Shown one piece after another: positions 39,699 to 49,594 of a DNA stretch of 64,000 bases; position 1 is the stretch's first letter; every line of letters begins with the position of its first letter. The notes below the pieces were generated by a model. That model was not told the DNA's origin and searched no databases. It saw only the letters and a list, made by a program, of their open reading frames with translations. Position numbers and translations under genes: made by a program. The DNA is from an uncultured Gammaproteobacteria bacterium (GTDB lineage: Bacteria > Patescibacteriota > Microgenomatia > Daviesbacterales > UBA10151). The stretch is taken from NCBI GenBank assembly GCA_964500725.1, contig CAZCNP010000002.1, forward strand, positions 69,347 to 133,346, in the 5' to 3' direction.

Positions 39699-41251
39699 GC
39701 TCTAGACAAAGTTTGTTTATTTTGCTGCTAATATTGCTTCTTTTTGTTTTTACCCGTTTATATAAAATTACAGAAATTCCCCCATCAGTTTATTGGGATG
39801 AGGCTTCTATTGGCTATAATGCTTATTCTATTTTAAAGACAGGACAAGATGAGTGGGGAAGGAATTTTCCTTTAGGTTTTGAAGCATTTGGAGAGTATAA
39901 GCTTCCCGTTTATATATACACCACAGCATTTTTTATAAAGCTTTTTGGTTTAAATGAATTTGCTGTAAGAATTTCTGCAGTCCTATTTTCTTTAGGAGTA
40001 GTGATAGTAAGTTTTCTACTTGCAAAAAGGATAACTAAAGATAGCAAAGTAGGGATGCTGACAGCTTTTTTTGTAACAATTTCCCAATGGTTTTTTATCA
40101 TTAGCAGAACAGGATTTGAAGCGACTACAGGATTATTCTTCTTTATATCTGGAATTTATTTTTTCATCTCAGCTATGGAAGAGCAAAAAAGGCTTTTAAT
40201 ACTATCTGTTATTAGCTTTATTTTAACCCTATATAGCTATAACAGTTTTTTGATAATTACTCCGGTGACCTTACTGATTTTAATAGTTGTATACTTTAAG
40301 CAGTTTAGCTTTTATATTCAAAAGAACGTAATATTCTCATTTATTTGCTTTATTATCCTAATTATAGGTGGGGTTGGAGTTGTGCATTCTATTACTTCAG
40401 GTAGGATTGCAAGACTTGATGAAGTGGGAATTTCTGGTGCTTATAATCATCGAAAATATCAGACGCTTGTTACAGTTGCTGCCAATTACCTCGCTCATTT
40501 TAATCCTAAGTTCCTCTTTTTGACAGGAGATGGAAATGGAAGAAGCCAACAGCCTAAGTTTGGTCAGGTAAGTTTAGCTCATTTACCTCTTTTATTTCTC
40601 GGAATTATCTATAGCCTTCAGCAAAAAAGAAAAGAATACAAGCTTATCTTATTATTACTTTTGATAGCACCAATTCCGGCAAGTATAACTAGAGAATCCC
40701 CTCATGCCCTGCGTTCTATATCAGCAGTGCCTTTTATCGCCTTCATTTCATCCTTGGGTGTATTAAAGTTAACATCATTTATTAATAAGAATTTTTATAC
40801 AAAAATTATTATTGGGGTAACGCTGATAGCTTTTTTAGGTTACTACCAGGCCTTTATTTCCAATTATGCTAAAGAAACAGCAAATGACTGGCAATATGGT
40901 TATAAGGCATTTTATAGCAAATATAAATCAAAATTTCCCCAATTTGATAATATATTAATATCAGACAGGTTTAATCAACCGTATATATTTACTCTCTTTT
41001 ATCTACAATATGATCCTGTTAAGTTTAGATCTGAAGTTGTTTATAATACTTCTAACCGCCGTAAAACCTCACTGGTTAAATCATTTGATAAATTTATTTT
41101 TAGGGATATTGATTACTACCAGATACCTTCTGGAAAAAATTTAATTTTTACTCATATTACTGATAAGATGGATGAAATTAAATGGAAAGAAACAATTTTA
41201 AATCCTGATGGGAGCATAGGAGGGTATGTGTATGAATATGAAAAGCGGTAG
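39695..41251 (+). CDS. ArnT-like GT-C glycosyltransferase
   Basis: PPSVYWDEASIGYNAYSILKTGQDEWG, FGEYKLP, SR.GFE, PHALR, WQYGYK, QPYIF.LFY. Confidence 0.85.
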   Translation: MSSRQSLFILLLILLLFVFTRLYKITEIPPSVYWDEASIGYNAYSILKTGQDEWGRNFPLGFEAFGEYKLPVYIYTTAFFIKLFGLNEFAVRISAVLFSLGVVIVSFLLAKRITKDSKVGMLTAFFVTISQWFFIISRTGFEATTGLFFFISGIYFFISAMEEQKRLLILSVISFILTLYSYNSFLIITPVTLLILIVVYFKQFSFYIQKNVIFSFICFIILIIGGVGVVHSITSGRIARLDEVGISGAYNHRKYQTLVTVAANYLAHFNPKFLFLTGDGNGRSQQPKFGQVSLAHLPLLFLGIIYSLQQKRKEYKLILLLLLIAPIPASITRESPHALRSISAVPFIAFISSLGVLKLTSFINKNFYTKIIIGVTLIAFLGYYQAFISNYAKETANDWQYGYKAFYSKYKSKFPQFDNILISDRFNQPYIFTLFYLQYDPVKFRSEVVYNTSNRRKTSLVKSFDKFIFRDIDYYQIPSGKNLIFTHITDKMDEIKWKETILNPDGSIGGYVYEYEKR

Positions 41252-41260
41252 AGGTTTATA

Positions 41261-42880
41261 CTAAAAGTTAGGGAGGCTTGGAATGGGTAGATTTCCCCAA
41301 TGTGATACTAAGTAAGGTATAAATAAGTGGTTAAAAGTAATAATTTTTTGAATAATTATTATCCAAAAGGCAAGCCATATAATTTTAGTTAAATAGTGTT
41401 TATGAAATACTAGCCTTAAGATAAGTAGAGTGCAGAATATAAGAAAAGAATATCTATAATGGGTGATGCTGGGTTGCAGATTTAATGCGACTCTGCCCCA
41501 ATAATAGCTACTAGAAAAAGGAATAAAGAAGAATGCCAGAGCCGTAGCTATGTTAGGATCTTTATATATTTGCCAAATTACTATTGCGCTGCAACATGCA
41601 AAAAAAGGAATCATTGATATGAAATACCATGGATAATTAGGACTTCCTAAGAAAAGCACCAATAGAAAGTGGAATAACAACGGGATTGTTAAAAATTGTA
41701 AGTTTTCTTGTTTTTTGAGGGATACTATTAAAAAGCTAAGGAGTCCCCAAACCCACCAACCATCCGTGGGGAAATCTTTAAATTTCAGAGCCTCTAACAT
41801 CGAAACTAGTTTTAAGGCGCCAAAGTAACTCCTTTCGGTGTTAGCCCTCAGGATATCTAAGAATAAATCCATTTGTAACCAAAAACCCCAAAGAAAATAA
41901 GAGACAATTGGGATCAGCATGGCAAGAAAGAAAGTTATTAAGTACCTTTTAGGAATTTTATTTATAAATAGTAAAATTGTAGATCCAACCAGGAATCCTA
42001 ATGTAGGCTCTTTTACTAATAGTCCTAATCCACCAATGAACCCTGATAAAGTTAAAGCAATAAAAGTTATTTTTGAGGAAAGATCTTTTTTATATGCCTG
42101 TATAGCTCCAAATAAAATTATTAAATGGAGTAAGATAAATGGTGGTACTGCATTTTCCAGAAAAGCAGTCCTAGTTGCTAATAAATAAGTAGGTACGGTT
42201 GAATAAATGATTAAAGAGAGCGATGCGATCCAAGGGTTTTGTGTAATTAAATAAGTAAATAAGAATAATAAAATTGCTGTTATTACGGCTAAAACTAAAG
42301 TGGGCTTTCTAAACTCAGCTGGTTTTACCTGGTTAAACTCCTTGATGTTACTTCCTTCTCCCAGGCTATAAATTAATCCTCCGAGTGGAGGGTGGTCAAA
42401 AAAGGGTGCAACAAAAAACATATGCTCTAAGCCCTTGTTGTAATTTATTTGCTCTATGGCTATGAACGGATTTTTATTTTTATGGAATTCTTCTAAAGTA
42501 ATAATTTTGCCTTCGGATACAAGCTTAAACCCTATTAAATTAGCTCCCTTGGATTGATATTGAGGTTTATCATAGATATGCCTAAAGGTAACCCAACCGA
42601 TTGGTAAGCCGGTTGATCTTAAACTTAAACCTTGCCAAACATAATTATATTCATCAGTAATCGTCGGCGAAGGAACGGTTTCATATCCAAACCATCTATA
42701 AAATAAGCTTTGGTATAAAATTATAGCTGACACAATTAAAGCGACCAAGAGGCTAACTATTTTTAAATAAGGTAATGTTGACTTCTGGAAGGGTAATAAA
42801 GATTTAATTTTTTTGTACAAAAATAATAATCGATTATTTGCTAAACTAAGCCCGATTTGGTGTATTTTCTTAAATGGCAT
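41261..42880 (-). CDS. GT-C (PMT/ArnT-like) membrane glycosyltransferase
   Basis: TDEYNY after TM1, FDHPPL, R....EN, VKE, YPWY; polytopic. Confidence 0.72.
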   Translation of the reverse strand: MPFKKIHQIGLSLANNRLLFLYKKIKSLLPFQKSTLPYLKIVSLLVALIVSAIILYQSLFYRWFGYETVPSPTITDEYNYVWQGLSLRSTGLPIGWVTFRHIYDKPQYQSKGANLIGFKLVSEGKIITLEEFHKNKNPFIAIEQINYNKGLEHMFFVAPFFDHPPLGGLIYSLGEGSNIKEFNQVKPAEFRKPTLVLAVITAILLFLFTYLITQNPWIASLSLIIYSTVPTYLLATRTAFLENAVPPFILLHLIILFGAIQAYKKDLSSKITFIALTLSGFIGGLGLLVKEPTLGFLVGSTILLFINKIPKRYLITFFLAMLIPIVSYFLWGFWLQMDLFLDILRANTERSYFGALKLVSMLEALKFKDFPTDGWWVWGLLSFLIVSLKKQENLQFLTIPLLFHFLLVLFLGSPNYPWYFISMIPFFACCSAIVIWQIYKDPNIATALAFFFIPFSSSYYWGRVALNLQPSITHYRYSFLIFCTLLILRLVFHKHYLTKIIWLAFWIIIIQKIITFNHLFIPYLVSHWGNLPIPSLPNF

Positions 42881-42951
42881 ATCTATAATAATGTAGCCAA
42901 AATATGGAGAGTTAGCAAGTACAAATGATAAATGATATGCTTATTTAATAA

Positions 42952-44550
42952 GTGAATAACTGGTTGTACAAATCAATATTAATACTTATATTAATTATAT
43001 CGTTTGCTTTGAGGGTATATAAATTGGATTCAGTTCCTCCTGCTTTATCGTGGGATGAAGCAGCAAATGGTTATAACGCCTATACTATTGCAAACTGGGG
43101 GAGAGATGAATATGGAAAATTTTTGCCTGCATATTTTAGATCGTTTGCAGATGATAAGCATCCGGTGCATATTTATGCAACAGCAGTTAGTGTTAAGTTA
43201 TTAGGCCTATCAGAATTTAGTACTAGGTTACCTGCTGCTGTTTTTGGGACTCTTAGTATACTATTAATTTTCTTTCTGGCTAGAATGTTATTTAATAATA
43301 ATTTAGTCGGTCTAATTGCCTCTTTTTTCCTTGCTGTATCTCCTTATCATTTTCACTTTTCAAGAACTAATCACGAAGCTGTGCCAACCTTATTTTTCTT
43401 TTTGCTGGGATTAGTGTTATTTTTTAAGTCTTTAAAAAAAGGGGGATTCTATTTGCCAGGATCAGTTTTAAGTTTTGTAATTGCCTTTCTTGGTTATCAT
43501 ACATCAAAGGTAGTTTTGCCAATGATATTAGTGCTATTGTTTTTTCTTTGGAGAAAAACTCTTCTAAAAAATCAACAAGGTTTGCTAATTTCTTTTATAA
43601 TTATTGTATTACTTGCTTTGCATTTGTTTCTTAATCCACAACTTTTAGGTCTTGCCAGAATTAATCAGACCTCATTAAACAAACAGACAATCGAGTCAAC
43701 TCAGCTTTTCAAATTAACAAATAATGAATTTTTAGGGAGAGTAAATATTACTTTGGAGCAGTACTCTTGGCATTTTTATCCGCAATATTTGTTTGTCTCT
43801 GGGGACAAGAATGCCCGTTTATCAGCTCAAGGTGCAGGAGAATTTTATTGGATTGATGCTATATTTTTTATCTTTGGTCTTGCTTATTTGCTGTATAAGA
43901 GGTCAAAGGAAGGGGTGCTCCTCATATCATGGGCTTTAATTGCTCCTCTTCCATCAAGCTTAGTAGGAGAAGCGCCGCATGCTGCAAGGGCAATGTTTAT
44001 GATGGGAAGCTTTCATCTAATTTCTGCTTTGGGGTTGTATTTTATCATTAAATTACTTAAGAGCAAGATATTTCAAGTATCGTTTTTGGTACTTACAGTT
44101 GCGACTTTAATAATTTTATTTCAAGGATTTTTAAAATATTATTTTGGTGAATATGCCAGCAGGTACGCAATAGAATGGCAATATGGTATGAAACAGATTG
44201 TTGAGTATGTTAAAGATCATAAAGAATATGATCAAGTTTTCATGACTGATGCCAGATCTCAGCCTTACATATTTTTTCTATATTACTTAAAGCCAGATTG
44301 GGGGAATTATTTAAGTTCTGTTATATATAACAATGCAGAGAGTAACAGAAGCTATAATACTGTTTCTGCCTATGATAGGTATTATTTTGGAGGTTGGGAT
44401 CCTCTGGCAAGCTTTCCTAGTCCAGGCGTACTTTATATATTGACGCCTAGCCAATACGACGGATTAATGCATAAATCCACTTTTGATGTAAAAAAGGTTA
44501 TATACTATCCTAATGGAGTGACTGCATATTTCTTAGTCAGTGTTAAATAA
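42952..44550 (+). CDS. ArnT-like GT-C glycosyltransferase
   Basis: PPALSWDEAANGYNAY.I...GRDEYG, DDKHP, SR...E, PHAAR, WQYGMKQ, QPYIFFLYY. Confidence 0.85.
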   Translation: MNNWLYKSILILILIISFALRVYKLDSVPPALSWDEAANGYNAYTIANWGRDEYGKFLPAYFRSFADDKHPVHIYATAVSVKLLGLSEFSTRLPAAVFGTLSILLIFFLARMLFNNNLVGLIASFFLAVSPYHFHFSRTNHEAVPTLFFFLLGLVLFFKSLKKGGFYLPGSVLSFVIAFLGYHTSKVVLPMILVLLFFLWRKTLLKNQQGLLISFIIIVLLALHLFLNPQLLGLARINQTSLNKQTIESTQLFKLTNNEFLGRVNITLEQYSWHFYPQYLFVSGDKNARLSAQGAGEFYWIDAIFFIFGLAYLLYKRSKEGVLLISWALIAPLPSSLVGEAPHAARAMFMMGSFHLISALGLYFIIKLLKSKIFQVSFLVLTVATLIILFQGFLKYYFGEYASRYAIEWQYGMKQIVEYVKDHKEYDQVFMTDARSQPYIFFLYYLKPDWGNYLSSVIYNNAESNRSYNTVSAYDRYYFGGWDPLASFPSPGVLYILTPSQYDGLMHKSTFDVKKVIYYPNGVTAYFLVSVK

Positions 44551-44551
44551 T

Positions 44552-45328
44552 ATGAGTGATCAAAAAATATCTATTGTTTTAGCTACTTTTAATGAAGAGC
44601 AAAATTTAAGAAATTGTTTAGAATCGGTTAAAGATATAGCCTGGGAAATTGTAATTGTTGACGGAGGGTCTAGAGACAAAACTATAGAAGTAGCAAAAGA
44701 ATTTGGAGCTAAGATTATTCAAACTAATAATCCACCTGTTTTTCATATCAATAAAAATAAGGCAATTGATGCAAGCCATGGAGATTGGATTTTACAACTA
44801 GATGCTGACGAGCTACTAACTCATGAGCTGGTTGCCGAGATCAAGAAGGTGGTAAACTCTAATTCTGATATTAATGGTTATTGGTTTCCAAGAAGAAATT
44901 TTTTCCTTGGGAGGTATTTGACAAAAGGGGGCCAATATCCGGATTATACTTTAAGGTTGTATCGGAAAGGTAAAGGAAGACTTCCTGCAAAAGATGTTCA
45001 TGAGCAGGCAGAAGTTTTAGGGAGGGTAGGTTATTTAAAAAATGACCTTTTGCATCTAAGAGACAAAAAGTTTTCAGATTATATAAAAAGATTTAACAGG
45101 TATACAGATTTATTGGCATCTCAGCTGCAAGATAAAGGGATAAAGATAAGTATATTTTCATTTATCAGTTATATATTTATAAAATCAATTTACTGGTTTT
45201 TTAAAGTTTATATAAGGCATAAAGGGTTTGTAGATGGATTCCCAGGATTTGTTTTTGCCTTTTTTTCATCGCTTCGTTTCCCAGTTGCTTATTTTAAATT
45301 ATGGAGGTTGTATGCAGGTAGGAATTAA
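44552..45328 (+). CDS. GT2, beta-1,4-glucosyltransferase-like (WaaE/KdtX type)
   Basis: NEE, VDGGS.D, DWILQLDADE, YPDY..RL, VHEQ, GF.DG..G. ATG 44552. Confidence 0.87.
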   Translation: MSDQKISIVLATFNEEQNLRNCLESVKDIAWEIVIVDGGSRDKTIEVAKEFGAKIIQTNNPPVFHINKNKAIDASHGDWILQLDADELLTHELVAEIKKVVNSNSDINGYWFPRRNFFLGRYLTKGGQYPDYTLRLYRKGKGRLPAKDVHEQAEVLGRVGYLKNDLLHLRDKKFSDYIKRFNRYTDLLASQLQDKGIKISIFSFISYIFIKSIYWFFKVYIRHKGFVDGFPGFVFAFFSSLRFPVAYFKLWRLYAGRN

Positions 45329-46382
45329 CATTACACCTTTACATTCAGGACATAAGGTAAGAGGTATAGGGTACTATACTAAGAATCTTCTAAACTCCTT
45401 AAAAAAAGAAGAAGATATTCAAGTAGTTGAACTTACTAAAATATTAGAAACAAAAAATATTGAAGTTGTTCATTATCCTTGGTTTGATTTATACTATCAT
45501 ACCCTCCCTATTGTAAAATCTATCCCCACTGTTGTAACAATACATGATGTAATCCCCCTTATTTTCCCAAAACAATACCCAGTTGGTATTAAAGGCAGGC
45601 TAAGCTTTTTTCTGCAAAGACTTGCTCTAAACAGTTGTAAATTTATCATTACTGATTCTTTATCTTCGAAGAAAGATATTATTAAATATCTTAAAATTAA
45701 TGAAGAAAAAATTATAGCTATTCCATTGGCAGCAGATCCACAATTTAAAGTACTGGAAGATCCTCAGTTGCTTAAAGTCCAGAGAAAATATAATTTACCT
45801 AAAACTTTTTTAATGTATGTAGGTGATGCTAATTGGAGCAAAAATCTCCCTTTTTTGATTGAGGGATATAGAAAACTGATTCAAGATCCTCAATTTAATC
45901 AAGTTAAATTAGTATTAGTAGGGGGAGTGTTTTTAAAGAATGTGGAAAATATTGATCATCCAGAATTGGAAAGCTTAAAAAAGGTTAATAGAATGATTAA
46001 AGAATTACATTTAGAAAATCAGATAATTAGGCCTGGAAATATTGAGAGTAGTGAGTTAGTAGCTTTTTACAATCTTGCTACCCTATATATACAACCTTCA
46101 TTGTATGAAGGATTTGGGCTACCGGTTTTGCAGGCTTTTGCTTGTGGCACTCCGGTAATTTCTTCTAACGCAGGAAGTTTACCAGAAATAGGTGGTAAAG
46201 CCACAATTTACTTTGATCCAACTAATATAGATCAGTTTATTTCGCTTCTGAAGGGGGTAATACAAGATAAATCATTAAGATACAAACTTTCAAGGTTAGG
46301 ACTTGAAAGAGCTGCTAAATTTTCTTGGGAGAAGGTAATGCAGCAGACAAAAGAGGTATACAAAAAGGCAATAGCAAGTTAA
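45312..46382 (+). CDS. GT4 glycosyltransferase (MtfB/WbaZ-like)
   Basis: GIG.Y, VVTIHDVIP, KN, PSLYEGFGLPVLQA..CGTPVI.S, FSW. GGAGG precedes ATG 45312. Confidence 0.9.
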   Translation: MQVGINITPLHSGHKVRGIGYYTKNLLNSLKKEEDIQVVELTKILETKNIEVVHYPWFDLYYHTLPIVKSIPTVVTIHDVIPLIFPKQYPVGIKGRLSFFLQRLALNSCKFIITDSLSSKKDIIKYLKINEEKIIAIPLAADPQFKVLEDPQLLKVQRKYNLPKTFLMYVGDANWSKNLPFLIEGYRKLIQDPQFNQVKLVLVGGVFLKNVENIDHPELESLKKVNRMIKELHLENQIIRPGNIESSELVAFYNLATLYIQPSLYEGFGLPVLQAFACGTPVISSNAGSLPEIGGKATIYFDPTNIDQFISLLKGVIQDKSLRYKLSRLGLERAAKFSWEKVMQQTKEVYKKAIAS

Positions 46383-47554
46383 TGTTTAGCAAAATACTAG
46401 GGATATTTTTTTTATGGAGAATAAGTTTGTTTACAGTAGCATTATTGGCAACTATTGCTTTACCAGTATTTGGTAATCGTTTTCCTTATTTCAATCAGGT
46501 GCTTGCTGTAACCGGATTTCCTTCATTTATATGGGGATTTGGCAACTTTGATGGGGTTCATTATTTAAGAATTGCCCAAAATGGTTATGATGCGCAGTAT
46601 TCCCAAGCTTTTTTTCCACTATACCCGTTACTTATACGTTTCGTTAACATGTTACCTAAAAATCCGACATTAGATACCAGAATCTTTGTGGACCCAAGCT
46701 ATTTTATTGTGGGACTTATCTTATCAAATATACTTTTTTTAATATCTTTATATTATTTTTATAAATTAATAAGAATAGATTTTGATCATAAAATCGCTTT
46801 AGGAGCAGTAGTTTTACTAGTTTCTTTTCCTACCTCTTTTTATTTTGGCTCCGTATACACAGAATCACTATTTTTATTATTAGTACTGGCTACACTTTAT
46901 TTTACTAGGAAAGGAAATTTTCTAGCAGCAGGCATTTTTAGCTTATTTGCATCTGTAACAAGGATTTTTGGATTACTACTAATTCCAGTCTTACTAGTTG
47001 AGCTATATTTAAAGATAAAAAGCGGAGAGATTAAATTAAATAGTTGGGAAACAACTAAAGGAATGATTGGAATTTTACTTGCTCCTTTTGGCACGTTGCT
47101 TTATATGTTGTATCTTAGATTGAATTTTGAAAATCCTTTGTATTTTTTGACCTCGCAACCTCTTTTTGGAGCAGAAAGGACACCAAATAGTTTAATTTTG
47201 CTGCCTCAGGTACTTTACAGGTATATAAAAATATTTACAACTGTTCCTCTAAATTCTCTATTATTTTTTAATGCCTTCCTAGAATTTATTTTTACAGTGA
47301 TACCTTTAGCAGTTTTAGTAATATTTTATAAAAAAATGAGGATAAGTTATTTTATATTTACTTTAGGATGTTTAATTTTACCAACCCTAACAGGAACATT
47401 GTCTTCGATGCCCAGATATTCTTTGATGGGTTTTTTAATTTTACCATTTGTTATGCAAAAAATTCATAAAAATTATAAATTATTAATAGGAATTTTTGTA
47501 TCAATTGGGATAATATTGGTAAGTTTTTTTACAAGAGGATATTGGGTAGCATGA
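46382..47554 (+). CDS. GT-C mannosyltransferase, PIG-V (GT76)-like
   Basis: NFDGVHYL.IA..GY, AFFPLYP, FPTS.YF...YTESLF, TR..G, S.PRY. Confidence 0.82.
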   Translation: MFSKILGIFFLWRISLFTVALLATIALPVFGNRFPYFNQVLAVTGFPSFIWGFGNFDGVHYLRIAQNGYDAQYSQAFFPLYPLLIRFVNMLPKNPTLDTRIFVDPSYFIVGLILSNILFLISLYYFYKLIRIDFDHKIALGAVVLLVSFPTSFYFGSVYTESLFLLLVLATLYFTRKGNFLAAGIFSLFASVTRIFGLLLIPVLLVELYLKIKSGEIKLNSWETTKGMIGILLAPFGTLLYMLYLRLNFENPLYFLTSQPLFGAERTPNSLILLPQVLYRYIKIFTTVPLNSLLFFNAFLEFIFTVIPLAVLVIFYKKMRISYFIFTLGCLILPTLTGTLSSMPRYSLMGFLILPFVMQKIHKNYKLLIGIFVSIGIILVSFFTRGYWVA

Positions 47555-48828
47555 AAATTATCTTCAATTTATTAAAAAATCCTCTCTTTTCAGGTAGTAT
47601 TATTATGATAATAGGTAGTAATGCATATAACGCTTTAAATTATTTGTTCCACTTGATTGTTGGTAGACTGCTAGGACCTCCAAGTTACGGAGAATTGGCT
47701 TCACTAATATCATTAGGAGGTCTTTTGGGAGTTATACCGGCAACTGCAAGTTTAGTGATAATAAAATATATTTCCGCTGCCAGGTCTGAGGATGAGATAG
47801 CGATACTGATTAGTTGGTTTAGAAGAAAGACTTTGCAGTTATCAGTTTTAGTCTTTATTCTTTTAATAATATTATCTCCTGTAATTAGATCGTTTCTAAA
47901 TATAAGTAATATATTTTATGTAAGCGGGCTTGCTATCAGTTTTTTGTTTTACTTACCTGCATTACTCAATAGAGCAATATTGCAGGGTTTACTGAAATTT
48001 AAGGAGCTGGTTGTAAGTATATTAATTGAGAATTGCATTAAATTAGTCGGTAGTATTTTTCTTATTTATTTAGGTTATCGTATTGGTGGAGTAATGATAG
48101 CAATTATTGTTTCTGCAGTTTTTAGTTTATATATTACATCTTATTATCTAAAAGTTAATAGCAAGAATAAATTAGGGGTACCTTCTGATATTAAGGCAAT
48201 GATGAAATATACATTTCCGGTTATTGTTCAGTCAATTGCTTTAACTTCTATTTATTCTTCTGACTTAATTTTAGTAAAGCATTTTTTTTCTCCGCATGAT
48301 GCTGGAATTTATGCCTCCTTATCCACTTTAGGAAAAATCATTTTTTTTGGTGCCGGTCCAATCGGAGCAGTTATGTTTCCTTTAGTCTCACAGAAACGGT
48401 CTAAAGGTGCCAGGTGCAATAAGGAAATATTTTATAGCTTTTTATCAACTTTAATTTTAGCAATATTTGTATTGTTAATTTATTGGTTATTCCCTCAGTT
48501 TGCTATAAATCTTCTTTACGGACAATCATTTCTAGAAGCTGTTCCTTTGCTAGTTTGGTTTGGAATATTTATGACATTTTTTACCCTAGCATCGCTTTTA
48601 GTAAGTTTTCATCTTTCTTTAGGCAATACAAAGGTAGTATTACTACCTGCAGTTGCGGCTATTGCCCAAGTTACCCTCATTTGGTTTTACCATGAAAGTC
48701 TATTTAGCGTAATTCAAATTTCACTTATGGTGAGTGCTTTACTACTTGCCTTTCTGCTTATATACTCTAGCTATGCAAAAAAGACTTCAGGAGATCAGAT
48801 TAATTTCAGTAATAGTTCCAGCATATAA
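47551..48828 (+). CDS. wzx: Wzx-like oligosaccharide flippase
   Basis: About 12 TMs; GRLLGP..YG, LQG...F, D..LVKHFF....AGIYA, MFP. Confidence 0.85.
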   Translation: MKIIFNLLKNPLFSGSIIMIIGSNAYNALNYLFHLIVGRLLGPPSYGELASLISLGGLLGVIPATASLVIIKYISAARSEDEIAILISWFRRKTLQLSVLVFILLIILSPVIRSFLNISNIFYVSGLAISFLFYLPALLNRAILQGLLKFKELVVSILIENCIKLVGSIFLIYLGYRIGGVMIAIIVSAVFSLYITSYYLKVNSKNKLGVPSDIKAMMKYTFPVIVQSIALTSIYSSDLILVKHFFSPHDAGIYASLSTLGKIIFFGAGPIGAVMFPLVSQKRSKGARCNKEIFYSFLSTLILAIFVLLIYWLFPQFAINLLYGQSFLEAVPLLVWFGIFMTFFTLASLLVSFHLSLGNTKVVLLPAVAAIAQVTLIWFYHESLFSVIQISLMVSALLLAFLLIYSSYAKKTSGDQINFSNSSSI

Positions 48829-49594
48829 ACAAGAAAAAACAATAGCAGCAGATTTAAACAGAATAAGTAAAGTATTGAGTAAATTGCGTTTCCCCGCTGA
48901 ACTTATATGTGTAGTTGATGGTAAAGAAGATAAAACTTTTGATAATGCTCTGAAGCTTACTAAGAAGATTCCTAATATTAAAATAGTTGGGTATGAATCA
49001 AATAAAGGCAAGGGATATGCAATAAGATATGGAATGGCTGAAAGTAAAGGAGAGTTAATAGGATTTATCGATTCGGGAATGGATGTAAACCCTAATGGTT
49101 TGGCGATGCTTCTGGAACATTTTGAATGGTATGATGCAGATATTATTGTTGGCTCAAAGAGGCATCCAGTTTCAAAGGTGGTATATCCATGGCAGAGAAA
49201 GATTTTATCGTTTGGATACCAACTCTTAACTTTTCTTTTATTTGGCTTAAAGGTCAAAGATACTCAAGCGGGAATAAAATTTTTCAAAAGAGAGGTATTA
49301 GAAAAAGTTTTGCCAAGGGTGTTAGTAAAAAAGTTTGCTTTTGATGTAGAAATATTAGCTGTTTCAAATTATTTGGGATATAAAAGAATATATGAAGCCC
49401 CTGTTGATATTAAATTAAAATTTGGTGGCTCATCTACAATAACAAGTAAAAAATTTATAAAAGAGGTACTAGCTATGTTAATAGATACGTTTGCAGTTTT
49501 TTACCGATTAAAAATATTAAATTATTACTCAATAAACAACAGGCGTAAATGGAGGTTTGATCCCGAGTTAAATTTTAGGGTAAATATCGGATGA
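48773..49594 (+). CDS. GT2 polyprenol-phosphate glycosyltransferase (ALG5/DPM-like)
   Basis: VPAY, VVDG..D, N.GKGYA.RYG, FIDSG.D, GSKRH, DTQAG.K, FAFDVEIL. ATG 48773. Confidence 0.85.
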   Translation: MQKRLQEIRLISVIVPAYKQEKTIAADLNRISKVLSKLRFPAELICVVDGKEDKTFDNALKLTKKIPNIKIVGYESNKGKGYAIRYGMAESKGELIGFIDSGMDVNPNGLAMLLEHFEWYDADIIVGSKRHPVSKVVYPWQRKILSFGYQLLTFLLFGLKVKDTQAGIKFFKREVLEKVLPRVLVKKFAFDVEILAVSNYLGYKRIYEAPVDIKLKFGGSSTITSKKFIKEVLAMLIDTFAVFYRLKILNYYSINNRRKWRFDPELNFRVNIG

